DNA of 12,767 nucleotides from a virus (Duplodnaviria; Heunggongvirae; Uroviricota; Caudoviricetes): IMG/VR virus record IMGVR_UViG_2526164619_000005, positions 1 to 12,767 of that record; one strand, 5' to 3'. Shown piece by piece: positions 7,768 to 12,767 of this stretch (position 1 is its first letter; each line of letters starts with the position of its first letter). The notes under the pieces were generated by a model. It saw only the letters and a program-made list of their open reading frames with translations, ran no database searches and was not told where the DNA came from. The position numbers and the translations under genes were made by a program.

Positions 7768-8013
7768 TTACATCATCATGTCGCTGTCAGGTGTAGGTTC
7801 ACCGCCATCTGAAGCACTCCCGTCACCCGCGATACCTTCCGGCTCAGGAACCGCTGCTACGCCCAGCAGCTCATCCAGAATGGCATCCACTTCTGCATCA
7901 AGACGCGACTCAAGATTCTGGCGAAGTTTCTGTTTCAGTGCGCTCCGGACTTCTTCAGAGCGCAGGACTTCCTTCACTGCCTCTGCAGTGACCAGGGATG
8001 TGATTTCTGACAT
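7768..8013 (-). CDS. Hypothetical 81-aa acidic protein upstream of the holin
   Basis: First ATG of the open frame at 8011-8013: [60 protein letters not shown]...DSDMMM. No strong ribosome-binding site and no family recognised. Confidence 0.35.
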   Translation of the reverse strand: MSEITSLVTAEAVKEVLRSEEVRSALKQKLRQNLESRLDAEVDAILDELLGVAAVPEPEGIAGDGSASDGGEPTPDSDMMM

Positions 8014-8211
8014 GGGATTTTCTCGCTGAAAGGGGTTGTTAAGGAGTAACGGGTTCTTCGGGTTTGCTTCCGGCTGACTGACTGGCGCTGATTTTCTCAG
8101 CGGCCCTTTTATCAATCTGCCTGCACCAGAAATCGCGCACAGCCCTGTGAGGTAGCCTGAGTTTAACGGACACTCCTTCCTGAAATAGAATGGCATCAGA
8201 AGGAGCTAATA

Positions 8212-8499
8212 ATGAGCAGAAAAAACCAACGTTACTCTAAAGAGTTCAAAGCCGAAGCTGTCAGAACGGTTCTTGAAAATCAACTTTCGATCAGTGAAGG
8301 CGCTTCCCGATTATCCCTTCCTGAAGGCACTTTAGGACAATGGGTTACCGCCGCCAGAAAAGGGCTCGGTACTCCTGGTTCCCGCACGGTGGCTGAACTG
8401 GAATCTGAAATTCTGCAACTGCGTAAGGCGTTAAATGAAGCTCGCCTTGAGCGAGATATATTAAAAAAGCAACAGCGTATTTTGCACAGGAGTCGCTGA
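8212..8499 (+). CDS. IS600-like orfA with an altered C-terminus (95 aa)
   Basis: MSRKNQRYSKEFKAEAVRTVLENQLSISEGASRLSLPEGTLGQWV...ERDILKK, then QQRILHRSR stop. The usual family tail (ATAYFAQESLKNTR) is encoded in the -1 frame from the A_AAA_AAG site at 8463-8469. Confidence 0.75.
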   Translation: MSRKNQRYSKEFKAEAVRTVLENQLSISEGASRLSLPEGTLGQWVTAARKGLGTPGSRTVAELESEILQLRKALNEARLERDILKKQQRILHRSR

Positions 8500-8548
8500 A
8501 AAATACGCGTTAATCGAACAATGGCGACAACAATTTCCCATTGAAGCG

Positions 8549-9368
8549 ATGTGTCAGGTATTTGGTGTATCCAGGAGCGGTTATTACAACTGGGTACAGC
8601 ATGAACCCTCAGACAGAAAACAAAGTGATGAGCGGCTAAAACTGGAGATTAAGGTGGCACATATCCGCACTCGCGAAACATATGGAACCCGGCGGCTCCA
8701 GACGGAGCTGGCAGAGAATGGCATCATCGTTGGTCGTGACCGACTGGCACGTCTTCGTAAGGAGCTAAGGCTACGCTGTAAGCAGAAACGCAAGTTCAGA
8801 GCGACTACGAACCCGAACCACAATCTGCCAGTTGCGCCAAATCTGCTGAACCAGACGTTCGCTCCTACAGCACCAAATCAGGTCTGGGTGGCGGACCTGA
8901 CGTATGTTGCCACACAGGAGGGATGGTTGTACCTCGCTGGCATCAAAGATGTTTATACGTGCGAAATTGTCGGCTACGCCATGGGAGAGCGCATGACAAA
9001 AGAGCTGACAGGTAAAGCCCTGTTTATGGCGCTCAGGAGCCAGCGCCCACCTGCCGGGCTAATCCACCACTCTGATCGAGGTTCACAGTACTGCGCATAC
9101 GATTACCGGGTCATACAGGAGCAGTCTGGTCTGAAAACATCAATGTCGCGTAAAGGTAACTCGTTACGACAACGCTCCGATGGAAAGCTTCTGGGGAACG
9201 CTGAAAAATGAGAGCCTGAGCCACTATCGTTTTAATAACCGGGATGAAGCCATCTCAGTAATACGGGGATACATTGAGATTTTCTACAATCGTCAGCGTC
9301 GTCACTCTCGTCTGGGGAATATCTCCCCGGCAGCCTTCAGGGAAAAATATCATCAGATGGCTGCTTAA
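8549..9368 (+). pseudogene. IS600-like orfB (DDE transposase catalytic domain), frameshifted
   Basis: 8549-9211 reads MCQVFGVSRSGYYNWVQ...HHSDRGSQYCAYDY...SMSRKGN then goes out of frame; 9180-9368 continues MESFWGTLKNESL...KYHQMAA in another frame. An extra base lies near 9161-9164 (aactcgttacgac where the conserved KGNCYDNAP motif needs aactgttacgac). Confidence 0.75.
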
Positions 9369-9392
9369 AAAAAGAACAAATGGTAGTGTCCG

Positions 9393-10781
9393 CTATTGCC
9401 AGTACACCTCACAGTACATTGACCAGGATTTCGCGCTGTTATTTTTCTCAATTCGCAGAGCTTTATTGCCGCTGTCATCAACCAGTGTGCGTCTGCCATA
9501 CATACCGTCCCAGCCATAAGGTTTCAGCTGATTGTCTGTAGCTTTTTTGGCATCGTAAAAAATTACAGACTCTGAGGTGGTAACCGGCCTGTCTGGAACA
9601 ACCACCCCGGCAGTACCATTAACAAACGCAGAAGACTTACCCGCGCAGCTCAGAATCGCCGTTGCCAGACGGTCGGAAATAATCCCACGGCGAGCCCATG
9701 AACTGAAATGGCTCGCCCTGTCCTGTGACGTCCAGGTGGCTGAGCTGTCACGCCATTTCGAACCGTAATAACCGATACCCGGAATGTCCGGGTCTTCTTC
9801 CGGTTTGTTCGTCGGCATATTCACCCCGTTCTCATCGGTCATGAACGGTACGAAATGGATATTCTTTTCCGTTTTATTTTTATAGCTGCCGTACACCGTC
9901 TGGTACGTGGATTCGTTCTTCTGCTTCCAGAAATACGTCGTGTCCCCGCATATCCAGGGAACACCGCCAGCAGAGCCACCGACGCACTGGCCTGCCATAT
10001 CCGCCAGGTCTGCACGGAATTTATCAACCAGCGCACCAAACTGTGCGGCATGATTTGCCGGCGTACCGCCAAAATCAAATTCCCCCTGCATCCACACCAC
10101 GGCAAACAGCACATTTTTCGGGTTCTTCTCCAGTGCCGCTTTTGTTCGACCGATAAGGTCCTTATACAGCGGCTTGTCCACACCCCAGCGGGTTGAATTC
10201 TCCGAGGCACCACTCGCGTCACTGTATGTGCCATCAGCTCCGGTGGTGAACGCTGAACCACCACGACAGCACGGAACCAGCAGAATGCCCGCATTCGCCG
10301 GTATAAACGGCAGCAGTTTTTTGGCGATATGCAGCCCCTGCCCCACGGTTCCGTACTGCCCCTTTGACAGGTCCGCTTTCGGATGGTTAAGACGGCTCAT
10401 GTCCTGCACATCATGCAGACAATGGTCCGCCGGAATGATGTCGTTATATTTGCATGCTGCACCGCCCGGTGTCACCGTACTGCGACGCGCCAGTTGCTTA
10501 ATACGCGGGTCCGGACGGTCATATGTCCCCGGCAGCGGAAGGCCTTCACCATACGACATGCCGTTTGACTGCCCTGCCAGAACCACAACAAAGTAATACT
10601 CCGGGTCGCTGGTGGCGCTGATTACTGCACCTTCTGCTGCAATCGCCTGCATCAGAGTATAAGGGGTTATGGCCACCGGACTACCAAACGGCTGCCAGCC
10701 CTCTTTCAGTTTATGTGTCAGCTTTTCCGCAAGATCTGACGGCGACGCCGCCCTGACAACATCATAGTGTTTAAAAGCCAT
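9393..10781 (-). CDS. nanS: NanS-p-like prophage sialate O-acetylesterase (DUF1737 N-terminus plus SGNH/SASA esterase domain), 462 aa as it stands
   Basis: MAFKHYDVVRAASPSDLAEKLTHKLKEGWQPFGSPVAITPYTLMQAIA..., then VVVLAGQSNGMSYGEG (GQSN esterase motif). GGGAGG ribosome-binding site. The last six codons and the stop lie inside the IS600 right inverted repeat (9393-9411). Confidence 0.8.
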   Translation of the reverse strand: MAFKHYDVVRAASPSDLAEKLTHKLKEGWQPFGSPVAITPYTLMQAIAAEGAVISATSDPEYYFVVVLAGQSNGMSYGEGLPLPGTYDRPDPRIKQLARRSTVTPGGAACKYNDIIPADHCLHDVQDMSRLNHPKADLSKGQYGTVGQGLHIAKKLLPFIPANAGILLVPCCRGGSAFTTGADGTYSDASGASENSTRWGVDKPLYKDLIGRTKAALEKNPKNVLFAVVWMQGEFDFGGTPANHAAQFGALVDKFRADLADMAGQCVGGSAGGVPWICGDTTYFWKQKNESTYQTVYGSYKNKTEKNIHFVPFMTDENGVNMPTNKPEEDPDIPGIGYYGSKWRDSSATWTSQDRASHFSSWARRGIISDRLATAILSCAGKSSAFVNGTAGVVVPDRPVTTSESVIFYDAKKATDNQLKPYGWDGMYGRRTLVDDSGNKALRIEKNNSAKSWSMYCEVYWQ

Positions 10782-10974
10782 GAATCCTCCCGGCCGGGAT
10801 AATATTGTGAGTAAAATGAGGAGCGGGCTGAAGTCCGGAAGTTACAGGACAATGGCAGAAGAGAGACGACAGCCCGCAATTCGAAAAAGACCGCGCAGTT
10901 GCGCAGAGTGATTACTATGGGGTATTATTCGCCAGCTGAAATATTACTTCACGTTTTATTGTTTATTCCTTGCC

Positions 10975-11033
10975 GCCCGCGTCTCCCAGCGCGGGCTTTT
11001 TTTGCCCACAAGAAAGCCCCTCCGGAGAGGGGC
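10975..11033. terminator. Back-to-back hairpins forming a possible bidirectional terminator in the tRNA-to-nanS spacer
   Basis: 10975-10996 GCCCGCGTCTCCCAGCGCGGGC followed by seven T (plus-strand sense). 11016-11033 GCCCCTCCGGAGAGGGGC, which on the minus strand is followed by UUUCUUGU. Confidence 0.45.
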
Positions 11034-11230
11034 TGGAGAGTGGCGCTATGTGCCATTGCATGGTGCCGGGTGCCTCCCGGTGAATTCAGTACCAGCACCT
11101 GAATCCGCGATTATCCCATATACCTACTCGCTGATTGCCCCTCCGCACAGGGGGATTCACCATGCCAGTTTCTTTTAACAAACTCCCCGCAAACCAGACA
11201 ACAGTCAACCGTCTGAATTGTGAGACATTT

Positions 11231-11255
11231 AAAAAAAGGCCCGCAAAAGCGAGCC
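11231..11255 (-). terminator. Hairpin plus U-tract just downstream of the tRNA-Arg(UCU) gene (minus strand)
   Basis: Minus-strand RNA: GGCUCGC-UUUU-GCGGGCC (one G-U pair) followed by UUUUUUU. Confidence 0.5.
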
Positions 11256-11269
11256 AGGGAAAATAAGTG

Positions 11270-11346
11270 TGGCGCGTTGTACTGGATTCGAACCAGTGAC
11301 CGATTGCTTAGAAGGCAATTGCTCTGTCCGGCTGAGCTAACAACGC
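11270..11346 (-). tRNA. argO: tRNA-Arg, anticodon UCU
   Basis: Folded by hand: acceptor GCGTTGT/ACAACGC, D-arm GCTC/GAGC, anticodon stem ATTGC/GCAAT with loop CTTCTAA, T-arm ACTGG/CCAGT with loop TTCGAAT, discriminator G plus CCA. Symbol is by analogy to Stx phages. Confidence 0.85.
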
Positions 11347-11359
11347 ATGATGCAGATAA

Positions 11360-11436
11360 TGGACCGCCATCGGGGACTTGAACCCCGCGCAGCCAGCTTC
11401 GAAGGCTGGCGCTCTTTCCTGATGAGCTAATGGCGG
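11360..11436 (-). tRNA. argN: tRNA-Arg, anticodon UCG
   Basis: Folded by hand: acceptor CCGCCAT/ATGGCGG, D-arm GCTC/GAGC, anticodon stem CCAGC/GCTGG with loop CTTCGAA, T-arm CGGGG/CCCCG with loop TTCAAGT, then TCCA. The 5' end and discriminator are uncertain by one nucleotide. Confidence 0.8.
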
Positions 11437-11443
11437 TATGTGA

Positions 11444-11519
11444 TGGTGGCCCTTGCTGGATTTGAACCAGCGACCTGGCGATTATGAGTCGCTCGCTCTC
11501 ACCACTGAGCTAAAGGGCC
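11444..11519 (-). tRNA. ileZ: tRNA with anticodon CAU, most similar to tRNA-Ile2 (lysidine type; ileX/ileZ-like) rather than tRNA-Met
   Basis: Folded by hand: acceptor GGCCCTT/AAGGGCC, D-arm GCTC/GAGC, anticodon loop CTCATAA, T-arm GCTGG/CCAGC with loop TTCAAAT, ACCA end. Very close to E. coli ileX as recalled. Confidence 0.8.
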
Positions 11520-11559
11520 GGGAGCCGCATAATAACGACGCGTAATTAATTCTTCAATA

Positions 11560-12416
11560 TCATCCGTTCTGGCTGACTAAATCCTGTACTTCCCGAACCG
11601 TCTGCTCAAAACGTTCAGTCTCCAGCTCAACGCCAATTGCACGACGCCCGAGCGCCAGTGCCGCTTTCACTGTCGAACCCGACCCCATGAAAAAATCTGC
11701 AATCAGGTCACCCGGACGACTGCTAGCGCTGATTATCTGCTGCAGCATTTCTGCCGGTTTTTCGCACGGATGTTTCCCGGGATAGAACTGCACCGGTTTA
11801 TGCGTCCACACATCGGTATACGGCACCTGCACCGTCACGCCAAAATACCGCCGCAGATGTTTATATTCACTCAGCAGCTCCGCATACTGCCGGTTCAGTG
11901 AGGTATACGTATCCACCAGCTGGTGGTGGAGCTTTTCCAGTTCACCACGCCGATGCTTCTCTTCTGCCACCCGGGCAAACAGCGCCTGTAATTTCAGATA
12001 ATCGCTTTCATTCGGCAACTGCCACTGACTGGCACTGACTGGCACTGAACCAGTGCGACACCATGTTTTTCTTTCCTGTGGCATCTGCAATCTGTTTTGC
12101 CGTTATCCCCAGGGCAGCTCGCGCATCACGAAAGTAAGAAATCAGCGGGGCCATCACATGCTGTTTCAGTGCACTGCCCTTCGCCGCATACCCGGCATCT
12201 TTCGGACGATACGGCCCCTGATAATGTTCCGCGAACAGAATGCGCTCTGTGGCGGGGAAATACGCCCGCAGGCTTTCCTTGTTGCATCCGTTCCAGCGTC
12301 CGGACGGCTTCGCCCAGATAATATGGTTCAGCACACTGAAGCGTTCACGCATCATGATTTCGATATCAGATGCCAGGCGATGACCACAGAACAGGTAAAG
12401 ACTTCCGGCAGGTTTC
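11560..12416 (-). pseudogene. Phage DNA methyltransferase (N6-adenine/N4-cytosine MTase family), missing its 5' end and frameshifted
   Basis: Two overlapping ORFs (12008-12430 and 11560-12090) together read ...KPAGSLYLFCG...NHIIWAKP...ADFFMGSGSTVKAALALGRRAIGVELE (FxGxG S-adenosylmethionine-binding motif near the C-terminus). The N-terminal part that would hold the DPPY motif is replaced by IS1 at 12417. The frame is broken by a 10-bp tandem duplication at 12023-12042. Confidence 0.75.
12023..12042. repeat. 10-bp tandem duplication (cactgactgg x2, followed by a partial third cactg) inside the methyltransferase gene
   Basis: Seen directly. Removing one unit restores the single reading frame ...FSASQWQLPNESDYLK.... 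Confidence 0.85.
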
Positions 12417-12767
12417 GGTAATGCTGCCAACTTACTGATTTAGTGTATGATGGTGATTTTAAGGTGCTTGCGTGGCTTCCATTTCCATCAGATGTCCTTC
12501 CTGCTCCGCTACTGAAGGCGTGGTGCGTAACGGCAAAAGCACTGCCGGACATCAGCGCTATCTCTGCTCTCATTGCCGTAAAACATGGCAACTACAGTTC
12601 ACTTACACCGCCTCTCAGCCCGGTACGCACCAGAAAATCATTGATATGGCCATGAATGGCGTCGGATGTCGCGCCAGTGCACGCATTATGGGCGTTGGCC
12701 TCAACACGGTTTTACGTCACTTAAAAAACTCAGGCCGCAGTCGGTAACCTCGCGCATACAACCGGGC
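12417..12767 (+). mobile_element. IS1-family element, left end plus insA; runs off the window
   Basis: Terminal sequence GGTAATGCTGCCAACTTACTGATTTAGTGTATGATGGTG matches the IS1 inverted repeat from memory; followed by insA. Confidence 0.85.
12472..12747 (+). CDS. insA: IS1 InsA (91 aa), divergent IS1 variant
   Basis: [68 protein letters not shown]... is close to canonical InsA. The start codon here is GTG, not ATG. Confidence 0.8.
   Translation: MASISIRCPSCSATEGVVRNGKSTAGHQRYLCSHCRKTWQLQFTYTASQPGTHQKIIDMAMNGVGCRASARIMGVGLNTVLRHLKNSGRSR

Larger units (their letters stand above)
8148..9411 (+). mobile_element. Complete-length IS3-family element, IS600-like (1264 bp)
   Basis: Imperfect terminal inverted repeats TGAGGTAGCC...GGACACTCC (8148-) and GGTAGTGTCCGCT...ACACCTCA (-9411), enclosing orfA and orfB. 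The length equals the IS600 length as I recall it. Confidence 0.85.

Noticed and set aside
7768-8196. 142-aa ORF extending from the 81-aa gene into the IS600 left end
   Set aside because: The upstream part crosses the IS boundary at 8147/8148 and contains no ATG before 8013, so only the 81-aa portion is plausible as a gene.
9839-10596. Three ORFs (113-151 aa) inside the nanS-p-like gene
   Set aside because: Embedded in or antisense to a long CDS with clear domain motifs; products are low complexity.
10899-11102. 67-aa plus-strand ORF in the tRNA-nanS spacer
   Set aside because: Runs through both terminator hairpins, has no ribosome-binding site and a Pro/Arg-rich product; likely non-coding.
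10782-11269. Possible stxA/stxB or other toxin genes between the tRNAs and nanS-p
   Set aside because: The interval is only 488 bp and holds no ORF longer than about 36 codons; the longest span the hairpins.
12023-12047. Short tandem repeat considered as a possible CRISPR or regulatory repeat
   Set aside because: Only two and a half copies of a 10-mer with no spacers; it sits inside a coding region and simply explains the frameshift.

Overview
This window reads as the late/lysis region of a lambdoid, Stx-phage-like prophage that carries no stx genes and is heavily invaded by insertion sequences, as in Escherichia/Shigella genomes. All product names come from reading the six-frame translations and from recalled family knowledge; no database search was run. 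From left to right: a partial IS600-like (IS3 family) orfA on the minus strand (1-244); an IS66-family element (about 245-2916) whose orfA and transposase carry single-base indels; an intact IS110-family transposase (3014-4141, minus); a YlcI-like small protein; a lipoprotein with a TonB C-terminal domain and its own putative promoter and palindrome; then a minus-strand lysis cassette (lambda-like Rz/Rz1, two tiny hydrophobic ORFs, SAR endolysin, a 110-aa ORF, S21-type pinholin). Upstream of that lie a complete IS600-like copy (8148-9411) inserted into the 3' end of a nanS-p-like esterase gene, an stx-less spacer, three tRNA genes (Ile2-CAU, Arg-UCG, Arg-UCU), a DNA methyltransferase pseudogene and a partial IS1. 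I found no CRISPR array, no stx genes and no clearly defined novel defence system. The most interesting candidates are the small genes inserted into the lysis cassette and the TonB-domain lipoprotein. Many single-base indels could be real gene decay or sequencing errors, and I cannot tell which from the sequence alone.
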